Part shown: piece by piece, positions 1 to 14,170 of the stretch
How positions within the stretch are numbered: position 1 is the first letter of the stretch
How the letters are laid out: every line of letters starts with the position of its first letter
Assembly: GCF_001194135.2 (NCBI RefSeq)
Contig: NC_068984.1
Coordinates: forward strand, 68,989,670-69,045,451
Length of the DNA stretch: 55,782 nucleotides
Source of the DNA: Octopus bimaculoides
Lineage: Eukaryota
Direction: 5' to 3'
Notes under the pieces: generated by a model
What the model was told of the DNA's origin: nothing
The model's input: the letters and a program-made list of their open reading frames with translations, nothing else
Database searches by the model: none
Position numbers and translations under genes: made by a program

Positions 1-33
<33 letters not shown>

Positions 34-882
34 GTGAATATGTATATGTATATATCTACACCCATACACATGCACATGTACCCACAACTATACAAATGCA
101 TATATGCGTACATATGTATATGGGTGACCCTAGACTCTACTAAGCTGTAACTTTCCGCGGACCAATAGTCTGACTGCTGCTATATTGCAATAAATGCTCA
201 CACATTCAAACATCATACAACACTATTTACCCACCACTCCGTATGGGACTCCATGTCAGCTGACTGTTCAGAAATCTATCCGTTTAATGGTACACTATGC
301 GTCTCTTTCGAGTTATCAGAAGCAGCGAAGGAGGTGTTTGAAACTAGATTTTTAGGCATTTTCCTTCATATCCTTGACGCAACAAAAGCTCAATCCATCA
401 TGTCCATCATGTTTATACATAGTTGCACCGAATCTATTCAAGTCAAGAAACACACCTACAACGCATAGAAAATCTCTCTCACCCTGTTAAAACCGGGTGG
501 CGTTTACCTACCAATGCAATACCTGCAGGACCATCAGGCGAATACTTAAAAATGACTTCATGCATGGCATAGATCTCAAGCATGTCCACGAGACATGAGT
601 GTCACATTTTCAAGGATATTTTGAATATGGTTCTCACGTCCAATACAATGATGTAAACTGATGTAGAATAATTATATAATTGATTTGATTTGTGTAGATT
701 ATCAAACCGGTTATTGGAAAGGAATATCAGTATTGTTTATCATTCATTTTTCAAAGGCATTGCACTGTACGCACTTACTGTGAGTGGTTACGAGCAGTAT
801 ATACCATGTATGATATATATTGTATGGTATTATATTGCGGCTCTCACTGACGAAGCGCACGGAAATACATATGTGGTTGTAA

Positions 883-1387
883 TATAAGAGGGGAAGTTAA
901 ACATTATCCACACTTTCGCCCAAACATATCTTTATTATAGTCACACTTCCTTCGCATGCGTGCTTATAGTTGACAATATTGTGCTCACGTGATCGATGTT
1001 TGAGCTTGATCACGTTATTTTTCATTCTGGCTTTACAGTGTAAGCTTGGCCGCTCTACCAGCAATGTGAACCAAAGAACATAGAACAGTGATCCGATCAA
1101 CAGTGCAAGTTACAGTACTTTGCTAACGAATAAACTGAAGCCAGCAATTCGCACCAAACGCCGAAGCATATTGCCAAAGAAAGTCTTGTTGTTGCATAAC
1201 AATGCAGGCCCACACACAGCCGCTAAGACCGTTGAAACCATTAGCTAAAAAGGTTTTCAAGTGCTGGAAAACCGTGCCTACAGTCTAGATCTCGCTCCTT
1301 TCGACTATTATATCTCTGGGTGGCTCAATGATGGTTTACGAGGTCGTCGATTTCCTGCGGATGAAGATGTGAAGGAAGCGGTACATA
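883..1387 (+). mobile_element. Internally deleted mariner (DD34D) remnant
   Basis: N-terminal-like (M)AALPAM*TKEHRTVIR joins directly at ~1096 to INSASYSTLLTNKLKPAIRTKRRSILPKKVLLLHNNAGPHTAAKTVETIS*KGFQVLENRAYSLDLAPFDYYISGWLNDGLRGRRFPADEDVKEAVH. This matches the mariner HDNARPH and YSPDLAPSD motifs. TIR-like tataagagggg at 883. Confidence 0.85.
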
Positions 1388-1966
1388 TGTGTGTGTGTAT
1401 ATGTGTGTGTGTACGTGATAAAACAACCCTATAATTTTTTTAAAAATACGAATTATAATTGAATATGTAATTATATAAATAAACACACTGATTTCTTTTT
1501 TTTTTTTTCTTTTTTGAAATTTGTGCTTATAAAAATATCTTGTCACAAACTATGACTAAAAATCAACAATTAAAATCCTGCAAAAGTTTTACTTAAAGTA
1601 TTCGGAAAGCATTTAAATTTACCTCAAATCTCACTTTGTACTGTTCAAAGAATGAAGACGTCATTAATGCATTACGTCAGTAATAAATATTGACGTCTCG
1701 GTCACTGCTCGAACACCTTTTAAATAGAGGTTTGCGTGTTACAACTTGTATGTTTAAGACATCTAACCTGTAAGTCATAAATATGTTTTATGTTTCTATT
1801 TTACATAGCTTTTAGTGTGCAAGTTCGTCGCTTGCTACAAGGTTTCGCTCGGCAAAAAGCTGAATTTTAAACTGTTTTTGTTATCGATATTTATAATTAA
1901 TTAAACTTATGAAGGATGCACACACAATACACGTACACATTCACCTAGCCATACAAACACATATAT

Positions 1967-2263
1967 GTTGTTGTTGTTGGCACTCCGTCGCTTACGACGT
2001 CGAGGGTTCCAGTTGATCCGATGAACGGAACAGCCTGCTCGTGAGATTAACGTGCAAGTCACAACAGAAACAGGAAGTAAGAGTGAGAGTAAGTTATGGT
2101 GAAAGAATACAGCAGGGTTCACCACCATCCCCTGCCGGAGGGCCTTGTGGAGCTTTAGGTGTTTTCGCTGAATAAACACTCACAACGCCCGGTCTGGGAA
2201 TCGAAACCGCGATCCTATGACCGCGAGTCCGCTGCCCCAACCACTGGGCCATTGCGCCTCCAC
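1967..2263 (-). mobile_element. Full-length tRNA-derived SINE with (CAA)n tail
   Basis: Minus strand starts gtggaggcgcaatggcccagtgg (A box), has ggtttcgattccc (B box) and ends gagtgccaacaacaacaac. Flanked by near-duplicated tacaaacacatatat / tacaaacatatatat (TSD-like). Confidence 0.9.
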
Positions 2264-2424
2264 TACAAACATATATATATATATATATATATATANNNNN
2301 NNNNNNNNNNNNNNNNNNNNNNNNNNNNNNNNNNNNNNNNNNNNNNNNNNNNNNNNNNNNNNNNNNNNNNNNNNNNNNNNNNNNNNNNNNNNNNNNNNNN
2401 NNNNNNNNNNNNNNNNNNNNNNNN

Positions 2425-2473
<49 letters not shown>

Positions 2474-2496
2474 ATACGCACACACATACACACACA

Positions 2497-3300
2497 GGGT
2501 TTTGGGGAGAAATTTGGTAATTTTTAGCTTTCCCATTTTACAGGAATATCTCAACGCATAGGGTAAGAGCATAATGATTAAGGTTGTTTTTGAGAAAATG
2601 TTAGGTGACGTAGAGGAATGGAATCCATCTGAATATTGTAAAAGAGTTACCTTTATCATGAGAATTCGATCCGATTATCAAAATATCAACGTCTTGATTG
2701 TAGCCCAATCCTCTGTGGACACTGTAAAGGCTACAAGACGTGATGTGGTCAGCTGCAAAAGATACGACGAAGACATATGCTGCAGGAAGCTACATAGGAA
2801 TCGTTGTGACTGCGTCTGCGCACCAGAGTTCAACCTCAAAACTCCGAACAGTGTATTAGGCTCGGTTTAGAAGCGGTTATGTGAAGCAGTCGGACTGTGC
2901 TCTATACCAGGCTGGAAACCTTTGCTGCTGGAAGCCCGTATGTGTTGCAGCAGGATTAGGCTCCTTGCCACACATCCACATCCGAGAAAGTCAGAAGTAG
3001 CTGTCGGAAAATATCTACAACTGCACAAATCCCAATTTCTGGCCTCTTAATCATACCGATTGTAATTCCATGGATTACTATGTGTGGGGTGCGGTTGACA
3101 ATGATACCAGTCACTCTGTCTACAACACAAAGGCCGAACTAGTGGTAAAGATCAAGTTGTTCGAAGATCTTTCTAGGGACACAGTGGGGAATGCGTACAC
3201 CAGGTTCCAGCATCCGGGTTCCAGCATCCGGGTTCCAGCATCCGGGTTCCAGAGCCGCCTTGAGGCCTAAGTGAAAGCTAAGGACAGCTACTTTCAGTAA
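2497..3300 (+). mobile_element. maT-like (DD37D) Tc1/mariner transposase remnant
   Basis: YVLQQD*APCHT...NFWPLNHTDCNSMDYYVWGAVDNDTSHSVYNTKAELVVKIK...RLEA*VKAKDSYFQ matches the QQDSAPAH / WPPNSPDLNPLDY C-terminus. Second D at 2954 and third D at 3073 are 119 nt apart, consistent with D37D plus a small indel. The 5' boundary is approximate. Confidence 0.75.
3203..3252 (+). repeat. 14-bp tandem repeat x3.5 (ggttccagcatccg) inside the transposase remnant
   Basis: Read directly; net 42-nt insertion into TRFQ|SRLEA. Confidence 0.9.
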
Positions 3301-3489
3301 ACCTATCTCCCATTCATAATCTAGTTGATATTTTTTTAATTTTTAAAAATACTTAAAATTTTGAATGAGATGTAGTTTTCGTTCCTGCTTTGAGCACCAA
3401 AGTCAAAGGCTATTACCGTGTTGAATTAATTATGTAAATTATAACAATTCTTTACAATAACGAATAAAACATGTTTAATAAGTCCTTTT

Positions 3490-3565
3490 CTACGCTCTGG
3501 GTTTAAATCTCATTCAGATCAACTTTACTTTTCAATCTTTCGGCTCAATAAATAAAATACCACCT
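3490..3565 (+). mobile_element. Degenerate SINE fragment (family of 54025-54237)
   Basis: gggtttaaatctc...actttacttttcaatctttcggctcaataaataaaatacca resembles the central block of the full copy. Confidence 0.5.
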
Positions 3566-5744
3566 CAGGGTGATATGTTGACAGAAGTGTTAGAGCGTCC
3601 GACGTCTGGTATCTGTTCCAGCTCTTCGAATCAGAGTTCAAACTTCCTCTAGAAGTTTATATTCTTCTGCTTGCTCAAAAGTCCACAATTAATCACGAAA
3701 AAAGGGTGAGTGGAAGGGTTTTGTGACAATCTGCAACTGCAGTGAGGTTGAACGACGACGACGACGATGACGATGATGATGATGATTATCGTGCTAGTGG
3801 CATTGAGAAATCAGATGAGAAAGAGAGGGTGGGTTGTACAAAAGAAAAAAGAATAACTAAAAATTAAAAAACACAATACTCTAAAAACAAGCGTTGATTC
3901 ATGATCAATTTTTCAATCTTATTCATCTATTAAACATTTGAAATTAAATAATATAAATGTATTTAGTGGCAGGTATCTTGACAATGTTTTATTCTAAATG
4001 AAATGCATTTATTTATTCATCCATTCGTTTATAAATTTTAATCACTGGCACACAAATGAAATTTCATTAAAATCCCTTACAAATATGATATTCAATATTG
4101 CTTTATTCCATGTTTTGGAATAAAGAAAGAAGTGTATGCAATCTATCAAAATTATTTTATCTTAGAAATCCTTCCCTTGCAACTGTCCGACATTAAATCA
4201 CAAATTAATTACTCTTATCATCTGACGTGTCAGCCTTACAGTATGTATATACTGGCACAGCAAGATGTCTCAGAACTAAACTTCCATTATCAGACTTAAA
4301 GCGCCAAATGCGGTGGCTTTTATTGGCATCTTGATTTATAGTTTGGCATCCAGCGGTTTGTGACCAGCATATCCGCACATATACACAAAGGTTCTTTGGT
4401 TTATGAAGCGATAGCTTTATGAGGAAGTCATACTGATAATACAACACTTCTGACCACCACATGTTAGTTAAGGTATAGTTTTCAATCCATCTTTGTTATT
4501 AATAATATAAATAATATGCGCCATTCACTTCAATTACATAAGATAAGACAGGAATGACATCAAAGTATTTTCCAGGATCACAAAATATTTACTGATTCAA
4601 GCTGAATTCTACATAAAATTCAATAGATTTCATGTACTTTCATCTATAGTTAAGTACAATAAATATCAATCAACTTAATTAAACATGATAGAAGCATTAC
4701 TTATCCTACATAGATTTTACTGTTCATTAGTAGTTATTTTTTATAGCAACATGCATAATATATATGTATTACTTCTAAAGTAGCGAAGTCGAAGCAGTAG
4801 AACACTAAATTAAATAGCTTATAGCATATAGTATTGGTTTACACAGATCTTAGTTCAATTCTGGTATGGTTCGAATTTCCATTTCCCCTCACCAAAAATC
4901 ATTAAACAAAGCAGTTTTAATATACCCAGAAAATTCTTTTACGCCCCAATCAAAAGGGGATCAATATTGGATTTGCACTTCAGAAAAGGGATTTTCTTTG
5001 ATGTTATTTCAAATCTATAGTGTAGCTATTTCATATCGTGTAAGCTGTTAATATTTCTTTGAAAGTGCATGACAGTTACAATTTATATTTTCTCTATACC
5101 CCCATTATATGAAACCTTTGTTTCTATTCAAAATGAATCTGAAATAAGAGAAGTGGAAGAAATAAAAAAGAAAAGCCTTGATAAGTTTTGTTATTCATTG
5201 GTTTCGGTCGTATACATGATAATGACTAGCGTATTAGAGAAATCTTACATAGAAAAGAACCCCTAAAATCTTAAAAGCAAAATATTATGGAAAGTCGCTA
5301 CACGTTGAAGTGCCCAATCTTTTCACCGTAGGCTTTCTTCAAAAGATAACCGGTACCTCCTGTCAAACGCTGGTTTCATATGCCACATGAAATGAGAGTA
5401 ATTTTCAAATTCATAATGGATCAGAGAATATTCTACCATGTTTTAACGGAATCAACACTTCTTTAGTATGTAGAAAAAATTGTCGGGGAAACACCTTTAT
5501 CCATAGGTAAGCTATATAAACATTGTATAAATTTTGAACCTTATCTGTCACATATGTTTAGATTCTCATCTGAAAGCAGATTGGCGTCAGGGAGATTATC
5601 GAAGTGATGTAGATTAATTGAAACAGATATCTTTCAAAACGAAGTGATCATTATCGCGCGCGCGGACAGACACACTCACATACAAACAAGCATACACATA
5701 AACATGCACACATATACACACAATTATACGTACATATGTGTGTT

Positions 5745-5787
<43 letters not shown>

Positions 5788-6297
5788 TAAAGTGATTAAG
5801 GGTGCTAGTTAGCACCAGTATTGTTATAAATAAGACTCAAAACTGGTCATATCCACAATAAACACTATCTTNNNNNNNNNNNNNNNNNNNNNNNNNNNNN
5901 NNNNNNNNNNNNNNNNNNNNNNNNNNNNNNNNNNNNNNNNNNNNNNNNNNNNNNNNNNNNNNNNNNNNNNNNNNNNNNNNNNNNNNNNNNNNNNNNNNNN
6001 NNNNNNNNNNNNNNNNNNNNNNNNNNNNNNNNNNNNNNNNNNNNNNNNNNNNNNNNNNNNNNNNNNNNNNNNNNNNNNNNNNNNNNNNNNNNNNNNNNNN
6101 NNNNNNNNNNNNNNNNNNNNNNNNNNNNNNNNNNNNNNNNNNNNNNNNNNNNNNNNNNNNNNNNNNNNNNNNNNNNNNNNNNNNNNNNNNNNNNNNNNNN
6201 NNNNNNNNNNNNNNNNNNNNNNNNNNNNNNNNNNNNNNNNNNNNNNNNNNNNNNNNNNNNNNNNTATATATATATATATATATGTATGTATATATAT

Positions 6298-6330
<33 letters not shown>

Positions 6331-6331
<1 letters not shown>

Positions 6332-7530
6332 ACATATTGGGTATAAGGATTAGTACGCCACTCAATTTAAGAACGCTTTTATACTAATGTTAAAATGGCA
6401 TTTATTTATATATTTTAATTGTAAATTGTGAATTAAGATGTGTATCAAAATAAAATAAAAAATTACGAGCTTTAATATGGTATACAAATTTACAGCGTAA
6501 CGTCAACATATTAATTTCAAATTAAAAGTAAACTTTATTTTGGGTAATTTGCGTCGTCACTTAATTTAAGAACAATCTTCATAATTTCCTTTTCTTTTGC
6601 CTTATTTACTAGTATAAAGGTAGGGTAATTTGCATGCTGTTATAATTTTGAAGTTGTTTAACAGTTGTGATGGGTAAGAGACAAAACTTAGCACCAGAAA
6701 CCCGTGCGAGTATCGTTCAGCTTAGTAGGCTGAAATGGTCATATAAAGCTATTTCAAACGAAGTTGGATGCTCTAAAATAGCGGTCTACAATGCTGTCCA
6801 TCTTTATGAAGAAAGTAATGATTATAAAGACCGCTCTTGACCTGGGCAACCAAGAAAAAGCCCGGCAAGAATGGATAGATACATTCATAGATTGTCCTTT
6901 AAAAAAAACGATAAATGACTGCTCTTGACATTTAAAAAGAAACTTGACAAAAATATGGACTTAGCATTGGAGTGTTTACCCGAGAAAACGGTCTCAAAGA
7001 ATTTGGACGTCTAAGAAGAGTCTCTCGCAAAAAGCTAAACATCTCTTTTAAAATTTGACGTGCCCGACTACAGGCCGCAAAAAAGTATTTGAATTGGAGT
7101 CCAGCAGATTGATCGAATGTGTTGCGATCAGACGAGTCAAAGTTCGACTTGTTTGCCAAAGTATGTAAAAAGTTGAATAGGCGAAGAATATCATTCAGAA
7201 TACATCCGACCTGAAGTTAAGCACCGTAGTGGAAGTGTGATGGTATGGGATGCATGTGTAGAAAAGGTGTCGGTGTTATGATCCAAATCAAGGGCATTAT
7301 GGATAGGAAGTCCTATCTACAATAAGACTACGGATAAGACTAAGCTTCTATATGCCCAAAAGCATTTGGGCCGATCTCGGATTTTCCAGCATAACAACGA
7401 CCCGAAACACACCTCGCACATAGTCATAAATTGCATTAGGTCTAAGAGAGTTCGGTTGATGCAGTGGCCGGCTCAGTCGCCCGACCTAAATCCCATCGAA
7501 AATCCTTGGGAAAGGTTGGGTAGAGCTGAG
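6331..7530 (+). mobile_element. Tc1-family (DD34E) transposon remnant with left IR/DR-like end; right end missing
   Basis: ATG at 6670: MGKRQNLAPETRASIVQLSRLKWSYKAISNEVGCSKIAVYN. Then SDESKF (D 7131), VKHRSGSVMVW, FQHNNDPKH (catalytic D mutated to N at 7393) and WPAQSPDLNPIEN (E 7498), with 34 residues between the last two catalytic positions. Many stops and frameshifts. Confidence 0.9.
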
Positions 7531-9214
7531 AAAAGCAGAATGGTCAAGGCTAGAATACCTTCGATTATCCTGTTCTGCTTATTTACGATAATCTTAGAAC
7601 TAATCAAAACCAAAACATCCTGAAGGCAACTATCGGGCAATCAATCAGTTATCGTTAAAGAAATTTCAGAATTTAACTGGGCTTATCACTGTTAAGTAAC
7701 TTGATCAACATAACAACAGGACAACTATTATCATATGACTAACTCCTTTCTTGGTCATGGGTGTTAACCGGCCGTCACTCTTGTCCTTATGAAATTATGT
7801 TTGTTGTTGTTATGGTTCTTTGTGGTTTTATCCCAAGAGAACAAGGCAATTTTCTTTCGAGAATATTATACTCTAGGCTACATAATAAAATATGTTATTT
7901 TATAAAACGACAGTAAGTTGTTTGAGATTGGTTTAGCTGTTATTTTTACTAAGCTGTTTAAGCACATAGCAACTTTTTCGTTACATCAAATATGAAGAGA
8001 TAGAAACAAATGCTGCATGCTTTTAAGATCTAGAATTCTTCTTAGTAAAACACAACGCATTGTATCCACTTATAGAAATCACAAACACTCAGAAAGAAAA
8101 CTATGTCGTTTTGTTAAGTTATTGTTTGTGTATAATTAAAATAGAATTTCTTCAAGAAAATTAAATTATCAATACCCTTGAAAATTTTAACAAGAAAAAA
8201 GTATTCCATGCTCTGCATTTAAATTCCAATATGAAAACAGTTTCACATTTTTATTTTCTTCTTTTCATTATTTTACGTTCTTTGTTTTTCTCTTTCTTAA
8301 TTTTTTTTTATAGACTTGAACTTTACGTTTCCAGAAAGAAATTGTAATTTAACACTACCCTGATGATATCGAGAAGACAGAGAGAGAAAATTGAGATTTG
8401 ATTTTAATAGCATTGCTCTAGAGCAAATTGTTAATGTCTGATGCGGTGGTCATTTTTGTTTAATTTGTCTAATTTGTAAGTTTAATTTGTTTTGTCAGAA
8501 AATGTCAGATAACATCAGATGCAAACAGTACTTCACTTTACATTTTACAAACTTAAATTTATATTTTTTTAAAATTTGTGTTTATTTTTCATTTTTATTT
8601 ATTTATTTATTTGGTTATCATCATTATTATTGCTTTTTTTTACTTCACATTTTTCCTTTCGCTTTTAACGTTTCTTTAATTAAGAATAATGTTCCCCTTT
8701 CTGATTTTCGAATTTTGTTCAATGTTTGCTATTAACATTTTGATGCAAAGAAGCCTGAAAGAAAATTAACAGAAGAAATCTGCTATAAGATGGTTTTTGA
8801 ATTACTAAAACAAATCAAATCAACTCGAAAGCTTGCCTCTTGACAGGAGGAAATTGTTTAAGCTACTGCACTTGTTGTTTTCTAGTTGTAGAGTAGTAGT
8901 TGACATAACAGCCTAAATGAGAGCTCAGAAATCTGAAACACAAAACAAGAATAATTTAATGGAAGAAGCAGAGGTATGATTGAAGTATGTAAAATACAAT
9001 TGATTGCGGACAGATACTTTTAGACCTATATTTTTCTAAGAACGCTATTTAGAAACTATTTGGATGAACAATGCTTAAATTGTCAAGCTGACATTAACTA
9101 CAGAAAAAGAAAAAAAAAATTCTTTAGTGTATTTTAAAAGAAAACATATTTGCATTATTAAATACTTCTACCGAAAAATATAACGACAGCGTCGACGAAG
9201 ACGACCTTGATTAC

Positions 9215-9234
9215 GTTGTTATTATTATTATTAT

Positions 9235-9295
<61 letters not shown>

Positions 9296-9299
9296 TGTT

Positions 9300-9376
<77 letters not shown>

Positions 9377-9437
9377 CGCAGTGGCAGCAGCATTAGTAGT
9401 AGTCATAGTGGCTGTGGTGGTAGTAGTAGTAGTAGTT
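9215..9437. repeat. Compound trinucleotide microsatellite (ATT)n-(TAG)n
   Basis: Read directly; explains the poly-V/T/L ORFs. Confidence 0.97.
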
Positions 9438-10361
9438 CATAAGTAGTTCATTTAGTTTCAAATGCGTAATAACTGAAACTTAAAAAGGTATTACCAGAAA
9501 GAAATTTCATTAAGTGCTTTAACCTGTTTGGAAAGAAATATTTGTAAGAAAAGGAATTGACACATATAGTTTTATTAACTTTCAAAGAATAACTCATATG
9601 TATACATACGTATAAGCAATCGATTTTTACATGCTTTGATACTCTCATCTTTTAATGTCCAGATACATGTAGAGAGTGAAGTATTAAAACTTTTGGGTTA
9701 CTGTATGTATATATTTGTTGCCAAAAGCGTTTTCTATGTATTTTTTCAACAAAAGCTGTATAGGTCTTTGCTATAGCATGCAAAACCAGAATTTAACTAA
9801 TGCTTTATAAAGATACATACTGCTGATAAGGCAGATAGTTGGCTTGTAAAATAAAAGAGAAGAGATTTGTTTGTTCGTACTGGAACTTTTTATTTTGTTA
9901 GTGTTAGCTATGGAAGAAATGAATTCTTTGATGTATATTTCACATTTTGGAACGCTATTTTTATTACGATCTGATTATACTTATTGCATAAGGAGAATTG
10001 CTTCTTTATAGGGTTCATGAAAATTTTTGGAACAAATATTTAATCTATGAAGAAGATTATATGAGATCATATTTCATTTTCTATTTTAGCGTTTTTTTGG
10101 ACATTGATATTGGGTTTTCGCAAGTGTATTTTATCTAGAAATCCACTGTATTCTAATTCGTAATTGCAATAATGAGGAACATAGTTAACGAATTTCTTGG
10201 AGAATATATTGGTTATGTGCTAACTAACGTTATGTAGTGAATTTTCAAGAACATTGGGGATTGCTGGAATTCGTTAAGTTATATTAATACACAAAGCAGA
10301 CGACAAAACTAGTTATGATAAAGGCGAACGAAAATAACGACGATATCTATAATGATTGTAA

Positions 10362-10460
10362 TGACGATGACGACGATGGTCGTGGTGGTGGTAGTTGTTT
10401 TGATGATGATGATGATGAGGAGGAGGAGGAGGAGGAGGAGGAGGAAGAGGAGGAGGAAGG
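10362..10460. repeat. Compound (GAC/GAT)n-(GTG)n-(GAG)n microsatellite
   Basis: Read directly. Confidence 0.93.
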
Positions 10461-10876
10461 GACTGGGTAGTAAGAGAAGAAATATAGCAGTTTATCCAGC
10501 AGGGGATGCCGTCTGGATGAAAATAATACTGATTTCTTTATTGAAGAAATGATTTGTTTTAACAAAAGTGATAATAGCATTCTTTCTACTGGTTACTTAG
10601 TACAGAAGATAATGCTACTGTGCTATCCAAAATCATCAATATATCGTAAGCATCTGTAAGAGATTTGAATAGAAAACATTTACATGTATCAATACTGCAC
10701 TGTACATGTAAGAATCTGCCTATAATATATCTTTCTCAGGAAGATTGTATTCATTCTGAAAGCTACTCAGAAAAATATAATCAGATAACTAATGAGCAAC
10801 ATTCATTCTACATCCCTTTGATTCACATACTTCTATAAGCAGGCTTTCTTTCAATGTCTTTACATCACTCCTCTCT

Positions 10877-10929
<53 letters not shown>

Positions 10930-10974
10930 CTCCCTCTTTCTCTCCCTATATATATATATGTTTATATAGCAATA

Positions 10975-11022
<48 letters not shown>

Positions 11023-11764
11023 TATATATATGTGTGTGTGTATGTGTGTTGTGTACCTATCTATATATCAAGCATGCACAAACATATACCCGAAGACATT
11101 CCTCGCATGCTAATAGAATAACTTGTGCATTACATATAATATTCAAATTCCTGTGAGAACTATTTTTTTGTAGAATTGATATGTCGCTGTTCCTGTTATT
11201 TAGACACTCATTAACAAAGACATCATTATCATTAAACATATGAAATAAAATTTGGACCGTGATTGAGAAGAAATATTATCAAATGTATTTGAGCAAAGTT
11301 GAACTTGTTTTTTTCAACGTCAATTTGCCCCAGACTATATTTTTTAATGTGTTATCCCTCTCGGTTTTTATTGACTTAATTTAATTTGGAAGGGTAGCAC
11401 CCTTAGTTCTCATAGCCTCTGATGTTGCTGGAAGAACTGGTCAGGTCTTGCTGTGAGGGGAAATTAGTCCGTGTGTTTCGTACAGCATGGATACCCAGTG
11501 TAGTAATAAGCAAGGTAGATATATCTACCCCACTCACTAGAACTTACAGGGTTACTCTATGACCTCGCAAGCGCTCTATCATATGAATACAAGAGAGATG
11601 ATATGATGTTACTGTGGTGAAATAAGCGGCCATAATAATCTTTGTTAAAATAGATAACTATATTTATTTCTAATCTATTGTTGATCTAGTTTGGCAATTA
11701 TGTGAAGAGAGATTGAAACTAAAACAGACCCATCAGGATATAGTCATATTAGACACGTAAAAAC

Positions 11765-12578
11765 ATAGGAAGTGGTATTAAAACGTTCTCCGACTAGTTC
11801 TGTAGCGTGCCAACAGATAGCAGTACGCGATTGCGTGCGCATTGAGAACTGGTAGTAACCTTCATGAGACAGAGTGCCGACAGACATTGCTGTAATTAGT
11901 TCGCAAGTTGTGAATTTTTTTTTTTTTTGTGATCACGTGTGTATTGTAGTCTGCGATTTTGTCATGGACAGGAACAAAGAGCCAACGTGAAATTTTGCGT
12001 TAAACTTGGGAAGTCAGCTACAGAGACATTGATCATTCTTTGGGAAGTTTATGGCAGCAGGACAATGGACATACGGAATGTTTCGAATGGCACAGGAACA
12101 TCAAAAGTGCAGAAGAAGTCACTGGAAGACGATGACCGATCTGGAAGACCGGACACGAGTTTCACATCCGGAAATGTAGTATTGTGCATCGCAAATTCAT
12201 TTACCAGGGTTAGATTGTCAATCGAGGATTCTACCTCGACATTTTGAAGCGCTTGATGGAGGACATTCGGCGAACACAACCGGATTTGTGGAGCGCGAAG
12301 AACTGGATTTTTCACGAAGACAATGCACCCTGTCATCGAGCTCTCCTTTCGTGAGTTTCTCGCCAAAAACAACATGGTATCGTTTCCACATTCACACTAT
12401 TCACCAGATTTAGCACCTGCGGACTTCCATCTTTTCTCCAGGATGAAAATGCAGCTCCAAGATTATTGTTTTAACACTGTTGTCAAGATCTAGAGCGAAT
12501 AAGAGAAGGTTCTGGACTCGTTTACGGAAAATGACTTCCAGGCCGGATTCCAAAAGTGACAGTAACGCTAGGACTGGC
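11765..12578 (+). mobile_element. Internally deleted mariner (DD34D) remnant, running into a gap
   Basis: EQRANVKFCVKLGKSATET...LEDDDRSGRP joins at ~12180 to IVHRKF...FYLDILKRLMEDIRRTQPDLWSAKNWIFHEDNAPCH...YSPDLAPADFHLFSRMK. Confidence 0.9.
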
Positions 12579-13209
12579 NNNNNNNNNNNNNNNNNNNNNN
12601 NNNNNNNNNNNNNNNNNNNNNNNNNNNNNNNNNNNNNNNNNNNNNNNNNNNNNNNNNNNNNNNNNNNNNNNNNNNNNNNNNNNNNNNNNNNNNNNNNNNN
12701 NNNNNNNNNNNNNNNNNNNNNNNNNNNNNNNNNNNNNNNNNNNNNNNNNNNNNNNNNNNNNNNNNNNNNNNNNNNNNNNNNNNNNNNNNNNNNNNNNNNN
12801 NNNNNNNNNNNNNNNNNNNNNNNNNNNNNNNNNNNNNNNNNNNNNNNNNNNNNNNNNNNNNNNNNNNNNNNNNNNNNNNNNNNNNNNNNNNNNNNNNNNN
12901 NNNNNNNNNNNNNNNNNNNNNNNNNNNNNNNNNNNNNNNNNNNNNNNNNNNNNNNNNNNNNNNNNNNNNNNNNNNNNNNNNNNNNNNNNNNNNNNNNNNN
13001 NNNNNNNNNNNNNNNNNNNNNNNNNNNNNNNNNNNNNNNNNNNNNNNNNNNNNNNNNNNNNNNNNNNNNNNNNNNNNNNNNNNNNNNNNNNNNNNNNNNN
13101 NNNNNNNNNNNNNNNNNNNNNNNNNNNNNNNNNNNNNNNNNNNNNNNNNNNNNNNNNNNNNNNNNNNNNNNNNNNNNNNNNNNNNNNNNNNNNNNNNNNN
13201 NNNNNNNNN

Positions 13210-13246
<37 letters not shown>

Positions 13247-13384
13247 GTCTATAAAATCCTAATAGCTCTATTAGCAACCATTAAGGACCAATCTATTGCA
13301 TTGTTTTACATTTGGCCAGACATTTATAATTAAGGATTCAATGATAAGATATGAATCAGAAGAAACTGAAGCTATGCTTTTTAC

Positions 13385-14170
13385 TTAGTTCCCTTAACAT
13401 AACCTTGACTCCTTTTCAGCTTCTGACGGTCTCATGGTTATACAGTCTCTTATCCCCACTGTTCCTCACGCACATCTGACACTGATGTGACAGTAATCAC
13501 TTTTTTCACTATATCTATCCATCTCGTTATTTTCCTCATAACAATCAGGTTTCTCCACAAAATACCCTTTTCTATTACCATCAATCTCATAACGTGACAA
13601 AAGAATTTTGATTGTTTCAAAAACAATTGTCGTTCATGATATTCTCAGTTCATCTCCAATACCTCATTCCGAATACACGAATTTTCCTTTTATTTCTTTT
13701 GTAAATTGTCCAACTTTTGCATTTATACATCATCATTGGATTAACCATTGATCTTAACAATTTCTACTTCGTACTTTGTGACACTCCATTATCTTTTACA
13801 ATTTTCTATAGTAACGTCGTGGCAGCAGATTTAAAGGCTATTCTTCTGTTAATTTCATTCAAGCACTCCCTACTATTTCTTCCCACCTTTGGCCTAAGAA
13901 CAGTAAGCTCATTCGCTACTTCATTGATTCATTTCCAATCACTGAACCTGATATAACCTTAGTTTTTCATGTTTAGTTTCAATATCCAGCCTTTACATTT
14001 ACTTATATAATAATATTTTCCAGCATTCTTCTTTGACCCTCTCCATATTCTACTGTCAATGTTGTGTCATCTGCGTACTCGAGTTTGCTACCTGCTTGTC
14101 CCGTTATTTTACTTCTTTCTATCTTAGTTAATCTTGCTTTCCTCATTACAATTTCACTGAACATATTTTA
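13385..14170 (-). mobile_element. RTE-clade LINE 3' remnant (RT C-terminal part)
   Basis: Minus strand YADDTTLTVE...LNMKKTKV...EINRRIA...LLRSMVNPMMMYKCKSWTIYKRNKRKIRVFGMRYWR matches RTE/BovB YADDTTL...LNIQKTK...CESWT. Confidence 0.8.

Noticed and set aside
4205-4462. 85-aa minus ORF with an integrase-like KSDNGS
   Set aside because: Single short motif without supporting residues.
9158-9446. Poly-T/V/L ORFs, and all YI/CV/HT/X-rich ORFs in the track
   Set aside because: Translations of microsatellites and N-gaps.
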